NCBI GenBank assembly: GCA_031551405.1
Contig: JAVBNQ010000007.1
Span: forward strand, 1 to 64,000
Origin: a bacterium
GTDB taxonomy: Bacteria; RUG730
DNA length: 64,000 bases
Reading direction: 5' to 3'
Position numbers and translations under genes: made by a program. The notes below the pieces were generated by a model that was not told the DNA's origin, ran no database searches, and saw nothing but the letters and a program-made list of their open reading frames with translations. The first letter of the stretch is position 1. Every line of letters begins with the position of its first letter. Below are positions 38,355 to 48,447 of the stretch, piece by piece.

Positions 38355-39875
38355 TTATTCAACGACGAGAGCCGGTAATGTGAAATAAAAAGTTGATCCT
38401 TTTCCAAATTGGCTTTCAACCCATATTTCTCCGCCATGCGCTTCGACTAATCCTTTTGCCACTGATAAACCTAAACCTGTGCCAGGTTCATTAGTTTCAG
38501 CATGCTTGAGCTGTTCAAATTTATTAAAAACTTTTTCGAGATTTTCTTCGGCGATTCCTATTCCATTATCTTGAACGGAAAATTGCAATGAATGAATATT
38601 TTCTCTGTTTTTCTTTTTTCCATCATAAATTGGTTTCATTTCAATACTAATTTTCCCATTTTGGGCTGTGAATTTAATAGCATTATTTACTAAATTAATC
38701 AATAATTGTTTTACTTTTTCTTCGTCTGCGTAGATTTTAGTCAATGTAGAATCGAGATTTGTGAGTATGGTAATGTTCTTTTTTTTAGCTTCCATCAAGA
38801 AGAGTTTTTTCACGTCGGAAATTAATTTCACAAGATCGATCATTTCTTTTTCTAGATTTATGTTTCCGCTTTCAATTTTTGAAATATCGAGAAGAGTGTT
38901 AATGAATTTTCTGAGTCTACGTGTGTTGTCTCTCATTCGAGTTAAATATTCATATCTGTCATGTAAGTTTACATCGTTGAATTTGGCGTTTTTGTTTTGA
39001 TCAATTTTTGCAGCTTCGTCTTCAGATAACATGAAGTTTATATAACTTTCGATTGCGCCGAGCGGCGACCGGAGCTCGTGTGTGATGTTTGAAACAAAAT
39101 CTTCTTTCAAAACATCGATTGTTTTTAGTTTGTTTGTCATATCGTTGAAAGCTTTAGCCAGTTTTTCAAAATCATCTTTTGTATTCAATCTAATATTTAC
39201 ATCTAATTTTCCGTCACCAAAAAGTTTTAATGCATCGCGAAATATTTTTATATTCTTATGTAGACGTCTTGACAAAAAGAAAAAAAGCATTGAGCCAATT
39301 ATAAAAAATGAAATTCCGGCCCAAATTATTTTATTTTTTAGTTTAATGAAGTCAGTATAAAAATGTGAGAATAATGCTTCACTAAAAAATCCAATCTTGA
39401 TGCAGTACAAATATTCACCTTGTTTTGTGTAAAAATGTGAAAATTCTGTGATTTTCGTACCGAGTTCAAGTTCATTGAGCAGTTTGTCTATTGATTTGAC
39501 TTTTTTTGTGAGGATAAAATTTTTTGATTGAGTGGAATTGCTAGGTTTGTTGTATGTTTGTGAGGTTTCAAAATTTTTGTATTTATCGCGAGAGTGAGCC
39601 AGAATCTTTCCGTGTTTATCGATCACATAAAGGTAGAGCATTGACGGGTCATTTTTTAGTAAAATTTTTACGAGGAAATCTAACTCGTCAGTTTTGCTTT
39701 TTAGGTTTGCTTCATTTGCCGCCCAGACAACACTGTTTAAAGTTTCGGCTACAGAATCATCTATAGCGCGATCTAGAATTTTTTTTTGAAATTTTATTAA
39801 AGTAAAAACTAAACTTAACGTGAAAATAAAAAAAATTAAAGTTGAAATAAGCAAAATTCGAAATTTTAAAAACAT
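38355..39875 (-). CDS. Membrane sensor histidine kinase (HAMP, HisKA, HATPase)
   Basis: ITHELRSPL H-box, NLVNNAIKFT, DNGIGI, GTGLGL. Confidence 0.93.
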   Translation of the reverse strand: MFLKFRILLISTLIFFIFTLSLVFTLIKFQKKILDRAIDDSVAETLNSVVWAANEANLKSKTDELDFLVKILLKNDPSMLYLYVIDKHGKILAHSRDKYKNFETSQTYNKPSNSTQSKNFILTKKVKSIDKLLNELELGTKITEFSHFYTKQGEYLYCIKIGFFSEALFSHFYTDFIKLKNKIIWAGISFFIIGSMLFFFLSRRLHKNIKIFRDALKLFGDGKLDVNIRLNTKDDFEKLAKAFNDMTNKLKTIDVLKEDFVSNITHELRSPLGAIESYINFMLSEDEAAKIDQNKNAKFNDVNLHDRYEYLTRMRDNTRRLRKFINTLLDISKIESGNINLEKEMIDLVKLISDVKKLFLMEAKKKNITILTNLDSTLTKIYADEEKVKQLLINLVNNAIKFTAQNGKISIEMKPIYDGKKKNRENIHSLQFSVQDNGIGIAEENLEKVFNKFEQLKHAETNEPGTGLGLSVAKGLVEAHGGEIWVESQFGKGSTFYFTLPALVVE

Positions 39876-39899
39876 TTGTTACCTTTGTTTTTAGTTTTT

Positions 39900-41153
39900 T
39901 TAAGGTTCAATTAGTGTCTCATTTCTTAGCAAATCTTCAAAAATATCTCGTTTTCGAGCTATGATTATTTTGTTGTTTTTTATCAAAAGTTCCATAGGCT
40001 TTAGCCTCGAGTTATAATTGGATGACATGCTGAAACAATAAGCTCCGGCATTTTCAATAGCTAAAAATTCGCCGGGCTTTATGTCTTCAAGCTCTCTGTC
40101 TTTTGCGAAAAAATCCGTTGATTCACAAATTGGACCGACGATGTCGACTTTGTTTTTTTGAACGTCTTTTTTTGTGACAGGCAAAATTTCGTGGTAGGCG
40201 TCATAAAGTGATGGCCGAGCCAAATCGTTCATTCCTGCGTCGACGATTACGAATTTTTTCGTTTGACTTTTTTTGTTGTATAAAACTTTTGTTAAAAGAA
40301 GTCCGGCATTTCCGACTATAGATCTCCCGGGTTCGAGAATCAAAGTTAGGTTTTCAGCCTTAATTTTGTCATACAAATTTGTGTGCAGCATATCGTGTAA
40401 ATTCGGTTCACTTTGCGTCGAAGAATCGTAGACTATTCCCAATCCGCCGCCAATATTTAAATATTCGATTTTTACGTTTTGTTTTTTAAGGTTTTCGTAG
40501 AGTGAAAAAATCTTTTCAAAAGCTTCCAAATAAGGTGAAATATCCAAAATTTGTGACCCAATGTGTATATGAATTCCGATGGGATTTATGCTCTCTAGAG
40601 TTTTTGCGTATTTATAAATTTCTTCTGCTTCTAGATAATCAATGCCGAATTTATTTTTTGCAAGCCCGGTAGAAATATAAGGATGAGTTTTTGGATCAAC
40701 GTTAGGATTGACTCGCAAACTGATTTTTATTTTTTTGTTAGCGTTTTTTGCACGATCATTGAGCAAATTCAACTCTTCCGTTGATTCGACGTTAAACATC
40801 AAAATGTTCGACTTGATCGCGAAATCGATTTCTTCAGCGGTTTTGCCGACGCCGGCGTATACGATTTTTTGAGGATCAGCCCCGACGTTCAGTGCTTTAA
40901 AAATTTCGCCGCCGGAAACTGTGTCAAATCCTGAGCCTAACTCTTTTAAATTTTCGAGGATTAGAGAATTTGAGTTAGTCTTCATTGCAAAACAGATTAG
41001 ATGCTTTACACCTTGCAGTTCGTTTTGATAACGCAAAAAATTGTTTTTTATCGTCTCAAAACTGTAGACAAAAAGCGGAGTTCCGTATTTTTGTGCGAGC
41101 TCCTTGAGATTAAAATTATCAAAAAAAAGTTCATTATTCACATATAAGCTCAC
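39900..41153 (-). CDS. lysA: Diaminopimelate decarboxylase
   Basis: GTPLFVY, FAMKTN, HIGSQ, GGG, EPGRS, GPICES, SNYN. Confidence 0.96.
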   Translation of the reverse strand: MSLYVNNELFFDNFNLKELAQKYGTPLFVYSFETIKNNFLRYQNELQGVKHLICFAMKTNSNSLILENLKELGSGFDTVSGGEIFKALNVGADPQKIVYAGVGKTAEEIDFAIKSNILMFNVESTEELNLLNDRAKNANKKIKISLRVNPNVDPKTHPYISTGLAKNKFGIDYLEAEEIYKYAKTLESINPIGIHIHIGSQILDISPYLEAFEKIFSLYENLKKQNVKIEYLNIGGGLGIVYDSSTQSEPNLHDMLHTNLYDKIKAENLTLILEPGRSIVGNAGLLLTKVLYNKKSQTKKFVIVDAGMNDLARPSLYDAYHEILPVTKKDVQKNKVDIVGPICESTDFFAKDRELEDIKPGEFLAIENAGAYCFSMSSNYNSRLKPMELLIKNNKIIIARKRDIFEDLLRNETLIEP

Positions 41154-41166
41154 TTAATTTACCTCG

Positions 41167-42141
41167 TTAAATATTAAAATTGAAAAAGTAAAACCAGGCC
41201 GGAATCGTTATAAGACTGACTAAGTGCGTCGTCAAAACGCTTTTTGCAGCAAAGCGCGTGTCTGAGCCGAAAATATCTGAAAGTACGACGCTAGTGACCG
41301 CACAAGGCATTATACTTACTATCGAAATTATGATTTTTTTATCTATATCAAGTTGAAGTTTAAAGATTTTCAAGATTAAAAAAACGAAAAATGGAATCAA
41401 AAAAAGCCGCACAAAAACCAGACAAATTTGATTGAAATCAAAAAGATTTTTGAATTTCAGCGAGATCCCAAAAATGCGGCTTCCGGCGACGATCATCGCT
41501 ATCGGAAGAGTCGCTCTCCCAAAAATATCGATCACAAAAAATAATGACGCGCCAATCTCTCTCACTAAAATTGAGTCATTAAAACTCGAAAAAAATTGCT
41601 TTATGAACAAGAAAAAAATCGACAAAATTATTGCAATTATCGGCGGGCTGAAAATATTTTTAAGGAAATTTTTGTTAAGTTTTTCGCCAGTCAGACAGAA
41701 GACACCTATGCTCCAAATCGCAATTTCAGCGCCTAGGGTTGAAAACAAAAGCTTAGTCGCCATAGCTTCGCCAAAAAATAAGAGCAGTATCGGTAGAGGC
41801 AAAAACGAGTAATTGTTGATTAAACATTGAAATAAAAATATATCTTTTTCGTTTTTAGTATTGAATTTCAGAGATTTCACTACCAATATACCGATAAATA
41901 AACCGACTAGCATCATGAGAAAAACGCTAATTGGTAGAATGGCTTCGTTAAGTATGCTTTGAAACGTGAAATTCTGAGTAAAAAACGATAAAATCATGCA
42001 CGGGTAAAAAATTGTCAAAAAAAGCTTTGATAATTTATGTGTAGTTTTGTCGTCGATAAAATCGCGAGATCGTAAAAAATAACCCACAGCCATCATTAAA
42101 AATAATATTAAAATTCTAACGAATAAACTTAAAAATAACAT
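41167..42141 (-). CDS. AEC (auxin efflux carrier-like) family transporter
   Basis: About 10 TM; NYSFLPLP, SPPIIA, MPCA motifs. Confidence 0.85.
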   Translation of the reverse strand: MLFLSLFVRILILFLMMAVGYFLRSRDFIDDKTTHKLSKLFLTIFYPCMILSFFTQNFTFQSILNEAILPISVFLMMLVGLFIGILVVKSLKFNTKNEKDIFLFQCLINNYSFLPLPILLLFFGEAMATKLLFSTLGAEIAIWSIGVFCLTGEKLNKNFLKNIFSPPIIAIILSIFFLFIKQFFSSFNDSILVREIGASLFFVIDIFGRATLPIAMIVAGSRIFGISLKFKNLFDFNQICLVFVRLFLIPFFVFLILKIFKLQLDIDKKIIISIVSIMPCAVTSVVLSDIFGSDTRFAAKSVLTTHLVSLITIPAWFYFFNFNI

Positions 42142-42142
42142 T

Positions 42143-44311
42143 TTATTTTAGTAATTTTTCGTACAATTCTAGGTTTGTAGATACGTTTAGAAAATCTTGG
42201 ATATTCTCGTGGGCAAGCATTTGTGCTATTTCGGACATAAATTTTAGATACGGTTCTTGCGAATTTTTTGGAGCTAAAGTCAGGATGAAAAATTTTGAAA
42301 GATTTCCGTCAATAGCTTGAAAATCTACGCCGGATTTTTTTATCCCGATTGCAACTAGCATAGAATCAACGGTATCAGTTCTGACATGCGGCAAAGCTAT
42401 AAAATTTTGCATTCCGGTAGTTAAAATTTGTTCTCTATTAATCAACTCTTGTAGGATTGTTTCTTTTGAGTCGGGAGATAGCCTTTTAGCTTCCACGAGC
42501 AAATCCAACAATTCTCCTAGGATTCCATTTTTTGAATTTGACTTTAGGTCGATCGTGATTGCGTCTTGATTGATTAAATTTTTTAGTTTAGTCTCGATCG
42601 CAATTTTTTCTTTTGTGGAGTGAAAAATGTTACCCACGATCTTTTCTTTATTTGCGATTTTTTGCAAATTAGATATCGTGTTTTCCAAATCCCCCAAAAC
42701 TTCATAAAACATCGTGTAAATAAAAGGGGCTTCATTCTCAAGGCAATCGAATACAAAGCTATTTTCTTTATCAACTTTAAAAGATATGATATGCGTTTCT
42801 CGTCGTATTTGGTAAATTTTATCCTGAATGTCCAGGTTATGTACGAAATATCCCTCTTCTTCAAAATGTTCAATAATTTTTGGCAATATAAAATTTTGAG
42901 TTTCTTCGTTTGGCATTTTAAAGATAATTTCTTCTTTTTTTTCATCGGAAATATTTTTCTTTTCGGATTTTACGCCTGTCTTTGGAATACTGAACAGTTT
43001 GTCTAAAATCGGAGGAGTGATCAATGTAGTTAGAAAAGTCATGATGAGAGCGATACTAAAAATTTCTTTAGTAAGTACGCCTGCAGCAAGTCCAATCCCG
43101 ACTATAATTAAAGCGACTTCACCACGCGGAATCATGCCAACTCCAACTCTAAGGGCTCCGATATTGTTGAAATTCAAAAAATATGAAGGCAACATACAGC
43201 CTATTACTTTCCCGGCGACAGCGAAAAGAAGATAAAGTAATCCGAAAGTTAAAATTATAGGAGATCCCATTTGAGAAATATCGACGAGCATACCCATTAC
43301 ACAAAAGAAAACCGGTATTAGGAATTTCTGCAAAATGCCGAGATTTTCTTGTATCATGAGAGAAATGTCAGTTTTTGAAAGTGATAATCCGGTAATATAC
43401 GCTCCTACGATCATCGTGAGTCCGGATTTTTCAAAAAACCCTGCTAAAAACATTGCGAGAGCTACTGCCATGATGCTTATCGAAAATTTGTCTTTGAAAA
43501 GTTTGAGGGCTTTGCTGATTTTGTATGCGAAAATCAGTCCTAAAGCTGAAAATACGAGCCAAATCCCGACAGCTTTTAAAGCGATTGCCGAGACAGCGCC
43601 CCAAGCGATATGTCCGCTTTTTGCGATTCCGATAACGACAGCGAGTAAAATTATACCGAGAACGTCATCTATTACTGCAGCCGCCAAAATCGTTACGCCC
43701 TCCGGAGAATTCATTTTCTTTTTTTCAGATAAAATTCTTGCTGTTATTCCAACGGAAGTCGCAGTCGAAATTATGCCCAGGAATAAAGGCATTATATCGA
43801 GAAAGCCATAGTCTAAGCCTAAAGCGTATTTTGCAAAAATAATTCCCAAAATATCTCCTAGAACAAAGCTGAATACGACTCCAGATAGTCCGACTATAAG
43901 ACCTGCCAAAGAATATTTGAAGAATGTCTTCATGTCAGTCTCGAGTCCTACGAGAAATAGCAGAAGTATCGAGGCAACTGTTGCATAGGAGTAAAGCTCA
44001 GGACTTATTGGGAATGACGAATTTGCAATAGGAAAAATTCCATGTTCGAATCCTGGCAACTTGATTTGTCCCAGGCAATAAGGTCCTATTATCATTCCGG
44101 CAAAAATTTCGCCTAGTACGCTTTGCAGTTTAATTTTTTTGAATAAATATCCGCCCAGCCATGCTGCGATAATAATGAAACTTAATTGGAAAATGAGATT
44201 TACCATAGATGTAGAAATAGATGTTTCAGAATCTGCAGCAAAAATTAAACTCGAGCTTAAAATTAGTGAAAATATGAAAAATTGGATTAAAATTTTGATT
44301 TTTTTGGACAT
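42143..44311 (-). CDS. CPA2 cation:proton antiporter fused to a C-terminal PTS EIIA-like domain (start set at ATG 44311 with AAGGAG RBS)
   Basis: LGEIFAG, FLVGLE, ATSVGI, AAVIDD, MIPRGEV; C-terminal REQILTTGM..IALPH EIIA motif. Confidence 0.88.
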   Translation of the reverse strand: MSKKIKILIQFFIFSLILSSSLIFAADSETSISTSMVNLIFQLSFIIIAAWLGGYLFKKIKLQSVLGEIFAGMIIGPYCLGQIKLPGFEHGIFPIANSSFPISPELYSYATVASILLLFLVGLETDMKTFFKYSLAGLIVGLSGVVFSFVLGDILGIIFAKYALGLDYGFLDIMPLFLGIISTATSVGITARILSEKKKMNSPEGVTILAAAVIDDVLGIILLAVVIGIAKSGHIAWGAVSAIALKAVGIWLVFSALGLIFAYKISKALKLFKDKFSISIMAVALAMFLAGFFEKSGLTMIVGAYITGLSLSKTDISLMIQENLGILQKFLIPVFFCVMGMLVDISQMGSPIILTFGLLYLLFAVAGKVIGCMLPSYFLNFNNIGALRVGVGMIPRGEVALIIVGIGLAAGVLTKEIFSIALIMTFLTTLITPPILDKLFSIPKTGVKSEKKNISDEKKEEIIFKMPNEETQNFILPKIIEHFEEEGYFVHNLDIQDKIYQIRRETHIISFKVDKENSFVFDCLENEAPFIYTMFYEVLGDLENTISNLQKIANKEKIVGNIFHSTKEKIAIETKLKNLINQDAITIDLKSNSKNGILGELLDLLVEAKRLSPDSKETILQELINREQILTTGMQNFIALPHVRTDTVDSMLVAIGIKKSGVDFQAIDGNLSKFFILTLAPKNSQEPYLKFMSEIAQMLAHENIQDFLNVSTNLELYEKLLK

Positions 44312-44448
44312 GTATTTTCTCCTTAATATCACGTTGTGAAAAATTGGCCGGTGTTTTGGTTCTTAATTTTAAGGTGGTAGAGCCAATGTTTTATTTTTTT
44401 AAGAGATGGTTTTGATTGGATGAGATTAAGATTTCGTAAGAGAAATTT

Positions 44449-44522
44449 TAGCGGCGCAGGGATTTGAACCCCGGACACGCGGATTATGATTCCGCTGCTC
44501 TAACCAACTGAGCTACGCCGCC
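44449..44522 (-). tRNA. tRNA-Met (CAT), elongator type; CCA not encoded
   Basis: GGCGGCGTAGCTCAGTTGGTTAGAGCAGCGGAATCATAATCCGCGTGTCCGGGGTTCAAATCCCTGCGCCGCTA forms a cloverleaf; lacks initiator features (no 1:72 mismatch, no three consecutive G:C pairs). Confidence 0.92.
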
Positions 44523-44538
44523 TAAAAAATTGATTTTT

Positions 44539-44566
44539 ATTATAGCCTTTTTATTTTTATAGTCAA
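44539..44566 (-). promoter_or_regulatory. Sigma70 promoter for tRNA-Met
   Basis: Minus strand TTGACT-N16-TATAAT. Confidence 0.65.
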
Positions 44567-44619
44567 GATTTTTATGTTTTGCCTTTTTGATGAGCAGCCC
44601 TTCGAAAAACAATAAAAAA

Positions 44620-44648
44620 TTGACAATAGATTTAATTTTCTATATAGT
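44620..44648 (+). promoter_or_regulatory. Sigma70 promoter for tRNA-Leu (and probably thyX-serS)
   Basis: TTGACA-N17-TATAGT. Confidence 0.7.
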
Positions 44649-44666
44649 TATAAAAATTTATATTTT

Positions 44667-44749
44667 GCCTGGGTGGTGGAACGGTATACACGGTGGTCTC
44701 AAAAACCACTGGTCGCAAGACCTTGTGAGTTCAAATCTCACCCCAGGTA
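44667..44749 (+). tRNA. tRNA-Leu (CAA); CCA not encoded
   Basis: GCCTGGG/CCCAGGT acceptor stem, GTGGT-CTCAAAA-ACCAC anticodon arm, long variable arm GGTC-GCAA-GACC, GTTCAAATC T-loop. Confidence 0.95.
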
Positions 44750-44812
44750 TTTTTTGAAAATTCTCATTTTTTTCAAGACCTACAGCCATACTTGAAAGAC
44801 CCGGAGCAAGTA

Positions 44813-46282
44813 ATGCAAATTTATTTAGCTGGATATAATTTGGATGCTGAAATCATAAGGCGAATTAAAGAAATATGCCCCGATTTAGCTAGTAGCATCA
44901 CTCCGGAGACCATTTCCGCAGCTTATGCGAGGATTAGTCGCGATCCGCGTCCCATCAACGAACTCCGCAAAATATCTTCTCAAGAAATCGAAAAAACCAG
45001 AAAATCAAACGAAACAATAATTTTTGACATGGGTCACAGCTCTATTGCCGAGCACGCAGTTTTTAATTTTGATGTAATCGGCTTATCGAGGCTCGCGATA
45101 GAAGAATTGGAGAATTTTAGGCTAGCGTCATACACTGAAAAATCGCAAAGATACATTACTCTTGCAAATGATTTTATTATGCCAAAAGAAATCACAAATG
45201 ATGACGATATTCGCGAGTTTAGACGAATTATTGCGCTCCAAAATAATTTTTATCACGCGATTTATGATGATTTAAAAAAATACGTTTTTGCAAAACACAG
45301 AGACTTAGCGGAAAACGATAAGAATGCCAGACTTTTGGAAGGTTGGGCAAAAGAAGACGCGAGGTATATTTCATCTTTGGCGACGGAAGGGCAGCTTGGG
45401 ATGACGATCAATGCTCGGAGTTTGGAGCTGATGCTACGAAGATTAAATGCTTCGAAGCTCGAAGAAGCTAGAAGTCTTGGAGAAAGATTTTATAATGAAG
45501 TAAAAAACATTGCTCCATCACTCGTTAAATATGTGCAGGCTTCGAGTAATGATTTAAATAAATATGAAAATTTGAATAAGTTTTTGCTTGATTTGAAGAC
45601 GAACAAAGATGCGATTGATGGCTGTGAAGTAAAACTTTTAAATTTTACAAATAACGCGGATGACTTGATTTTGGCCAGCCTCCTACATAGACAAAGCGAA
45701 ATTTCGTTACAAGAAATTTTGGAAAATGTAAAGTCTTGGACAAAAGAAAGAAAACTTGAAATTTTTAAGGATAGCTTCCAGGATTTAAAGTTTTACGATA
45801 CAATGACTAGAGAATTCGAGTTTGTGGATTTTACGTTTGAGCTTGAAATATCAGCAGCTTGTTTCGGTCAAATTAAAAGACACAGAATGACGAGCATCAC
45901 AACGCAGGCTTACAATATTGATTTAGGAGTCAAGATTCCTGATTCCATTGTTGAGGTTGGCTTCAAAGACGAGTTTTTGAAAATAATTGACGAGACAAAT
46001 CGAGTTTACTTGAAATTAAAGAAAAACTATGGACAAAAAATTGCCGAATATATTTTAACTAACGCTCATAAGCGAAAAGTTTTTATGAAGATGAATTTGC
46101 GTGAACTTTATCATTTTTCACGATTGAGGGAAGATGCGCACGCTCAGTGGGACATTCGAAATATTGCCGGCAAAATGACAGAATCTGTAAAAAAAGTAGC
46201 GCCTATCTCAACTTTTTTGCTTTGCGGGAAAGATAGATTTCAGGAGTTGTACGCAAAAATTTATGGAGAGAAAAAATGTTAG
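44813..46282 (+). CDS. thyX: FAD-dependent thymidylate synthase with tandem ThyX domains (start set at ATG 44813)
   Basis: GHSSIAEH, SYTEKSQRY, KEDARY and INARSL in domain 1; KRHR, MNLREL and HAQWDIR in domain 2. Confidence 0.85.
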   Translation: MQIYLAGYNLDAEIIRRIKEICPDLASSITPETISAAYARISRDPRPINELRKISSQEIEKTRKSNETIIFDMGHSSIAEHAVFNFDVIGLSRLAIEELENFRLASYTEKSQRYITLANDFIMPKEITNDDDIREFRRIIALQNNFYHAIYDDLKKYVFAKHRDLAENDKNARLLEGWAKEDARYISSLATEGQLGMTINARSLELMLRRLNASKLEEARSLGERFYNEVKNIAPSLVKYVQASSNDLNKYENLNKFLLDLKTNKDAIDGCEVKLLNFTNNADDLILASLLHRQSEISLQEILENVKSWTKERKLEIFKDSFQDLKFYDTMTREFEFVDFTFELEISAACFGQIKRHRMTSITTQAYNIDLGVKIPDSIVEVGFKDEFLKIIDETNRVYLKLKKNYGQKIAEYILTNAHKRKVFMKMNLRELYHFSRLREDAHAQWDIRNIAGKMTESVKKVAPISTFLLCGKDRFQELYAKIYGEKKC

Positions 46283-47568
46283 ACATAAAATTTATACGAG
46301 AAAATAAAGATTTTGTCATAAACAGACTCAATACTAGAAATGGCGATTTTTCCAAACCTATTAATGATTTGTTGGAAAAAGATAAAATTCGTCGAGAACT
46401 AATCAAAAAAAAAGAAGAAATGCAGGAAGAATTGAATGATTCCTCAAAAAAAATAGCAGAATTTAAAAAAGCTAATGATACTGAGAAGCTTCAAAAAATC
46501 TTGAAAGATTTGAAGATTTTATCAAACAAAATTAGCGAGAAAGAATTTGAATTGGAAAAAATCGAGCTTGATTTTAATAATATTATTTTTAATCTTCCGA
46601 ATATTCCTCTAGCTGACGTTCCAATAGGAAAGAGCGAACAAGATAATAAAGTGATAAAAAATGTTGGAATTCCGAGAGATTTTGATTTTGAGATTAAAGA
46701 TCACGTAAAATTAGGCGAAATTTTACAAATTTTGAGTTTTGATACGGCTTGCAAGATTACGGGGGCTAGATTTGCATTTTTGAAGGGTTTTGGGGCTAGG
46801 CTCGAGAGAGCATTGATAAATTTTATGCTTGAAACGCACGCACAATCCGGTTACGAAGAAGTTTTCGTGCCGTTTCTGGTTAATCGTGATAGTTTGTTTG
46901 GTACCGGGCAATTGCCGAAATTTGAGGAAGAATTGTTTAAATGCGACGGAGATGAGTTTTATTTGATTCCGACTGCTGAGGTTCCAATTACAAATATTCA
47001 CAAAAAAGAATTTTTAGAAAAAAAATCTCTTCCTTACAAATACGTCGGATATACTGCGTGTTTTAGGCGTGAGGCTGGTTCGTATGGAAAAGATACGCGA
47101 GGGTTGATTCGAAATCACCAATTCAACAAAGTCGAGCTCGTCAAAATTGTAAATCCAGCTGACGGAGAAAAAGAGCTTGAAGCTTTACTTGCGGATGCTT
47201 GCAAAATTTTGGATTTGTTGGAGTTGCCTTACAGGATAATATCTTTATGCTCCGGAGATTTGGGATTTGCGTCTGCTAAAACTTATGATATTGAAGTTTG
47301 GATGCCGTCATCAAATTCTTACAGGGAAATTTCTTCGTGTAGTTTGTTCACGGATTTTCAGGCGAGAAGACTTTCAATGAAATTTCGAGATGAAAATAAA
47401 AATACAGATTTTGTTTATACCTTGAACGGTTCAGGTCTTGCGGTCGGCCGTACTTTTGCTGCTATTTTGGAAAACTATCAGGATAAAGATGGAAATGTGA
47501 TAGTGCCAAAAAATTTGAGAAAATATATAAATAATATTGAGAAAATTAGCATACAGCCTCGCGTTTAA
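46276..47568 (+). CDS. serS: Serine-tRNA ligase
   Basis: MLDIKFIR, LIPTAEV, FRREAGSYG, REISSCS, TLNGSGLAVGRT. Confidence 0.97.
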   Translation: MLDIKFIRENKDFVINRLNTRNGDFSKPINDLLEKDKIRRELIKKKEEMQEELNDSSKKIAEFKKANDTEKLQKILKDLKILSNKISEKEFELEKIELDFNNIIFNLPNIPLADVPIGKSEQDNKVIKNVGIPRDFDFEIKDHVKLGEILQILSFDTACKITGARFAFLKGFGARLERALINFMLETHAQSGYEEVFVPFLVNRDSLFGTGQLPKFEEELFKCDGDEFYLIPTAEVPITNIHKKEFLEKKSLPYKYVGYTACFRREAGSYGKDTRGLIRNHQFNKVELVKIVNPADGEKELEALLADACKILDLLELPYRIISLCSGDLGFASAKTYDIEVWMPSSNSYREISSCSLFTDFQARRLSMKFRDENKNTDFVYTLNGSGLAVGRTFAAILENYQDKDGNVIVPKNLRKYINNIEKISIQPRV

Positions 47569-47739
47569 AGATAAAAAATTTATTCGACAGTGAAAATAAA
47601 AATATATTAAGAATTTCGATATAAAACAAAAAAAGTTTGACATTTTTTTAAAAAAAGATATTTATATAGCTAGAGTCTAGATAAGAAAGCTACTATTTTA
47701 TATTTTTGTTAATTGAAAAATATTTAATAAGAGGTTTTT

Positions 47740-48414
47740 TTGATGAACAAAAGAATAATTTTTAGTCTTTTAACCGCGTTCATCCTAGTTACTAGTCTGT
47801 TTTCAGCTACCAAATATAAAATTTTATCTTGTAATCCTAACGTAATCGAACAAGGTGAGCAAGATATTACCTTGAATCTAGTAACAAATTCCCCTATGCC
47901 ACAAAAATCCAATAACGAGTATTTGTACTCGGAGATCCAATTCTCAAATCCAGGCATTCATATTCAAGAAGTTTTTTTTCAAAATGCGTTAATCATAAAC
48001 TGTAAAGTTTCATTAGATAAATACGTAGACGAGACTAAGCCCGTTGATATTTCAATTATAGGTTATGACGAGCAAGGGAATGATTTTATTTATGAAGGCA
48101 AGAAATTATTGACGATAAAAAGGAGGCCATTCATAGATAAAGTGATAGTACATAAAGCGGATGGTGCTATTATCCCTGGAGAAGAAGCTAATATTACACT
48201 AAAAGGCTATAATTTTCAGTCAGGGAAAATTGGTATACTTTTGATGTGGTCAGGACTTCCTCTAATTAATACCGCTTGCGATAATTCAAGACAATTGCGA
48301 TTCTCTCTGACAGCAGAACAAACAAAGCAAATAAAGCCCGGTGGATACAGTATTTATATTTACAATAGAGATGGATCCGGTTGTCAGTCTAGTGAAAAGG
48401 TATTAGTTTCCTAA
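47740..48414 (+). CDS. Secreted protein with two IPT/TIG-like domains
   Basis: Signal peptide; ILSCNPNVIEQGEQ and IIPGEEANITLKGYNF motifs resemble the repeats of the downstream giant protein. Confidence 0.65.
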   Translation: MMNKRIIFSLLTAFILVTSLFSATKYKILSCNPNVIEQGEQDITLNLVTNSPMPQKSNNEYLYSEIQFSNPGIHIQEVFFQNALIINCKVSLDKYVDETKPVDISIIGYDEQGNDFIYEGKKLLTIKRRPFIDKVIVHKADGAIIPGEEANITLKGYNFQSGKIGILLMWSGLPLINTACDNSRQLRFSLTAEQTKQIKPGGYSIYIYNRDGSGCQSSEKVLVS

Positions 48415-48447
48415 GTTCCCTAATAAAAAACAAAGGATTAAAAATCG

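Noticed and set aside
44330-44448. Possible riboswitch upstream of the antiporter (TCTACC..CCTTAAA looks purine-riboswitch-like)
   Set aside because: No P2/P3 stems or three-way junction can be built; only a weak hairpin
44449-44522. tRNA-CAT as initiator or lysidine tRNA-Ile2
   Set aside because: No C1:A72 mismatch or GGG/CCC anticodon stem; overall sequence resembles elongator tRNA-Met, although Ile2 cannot be fully excluded without a classifier
44520-44670. Replication origin at the strand switch
   Set aside because: No cluster of TTATCCACA DnaA boxes seen, and the gap is fully explained by two divergent promoters
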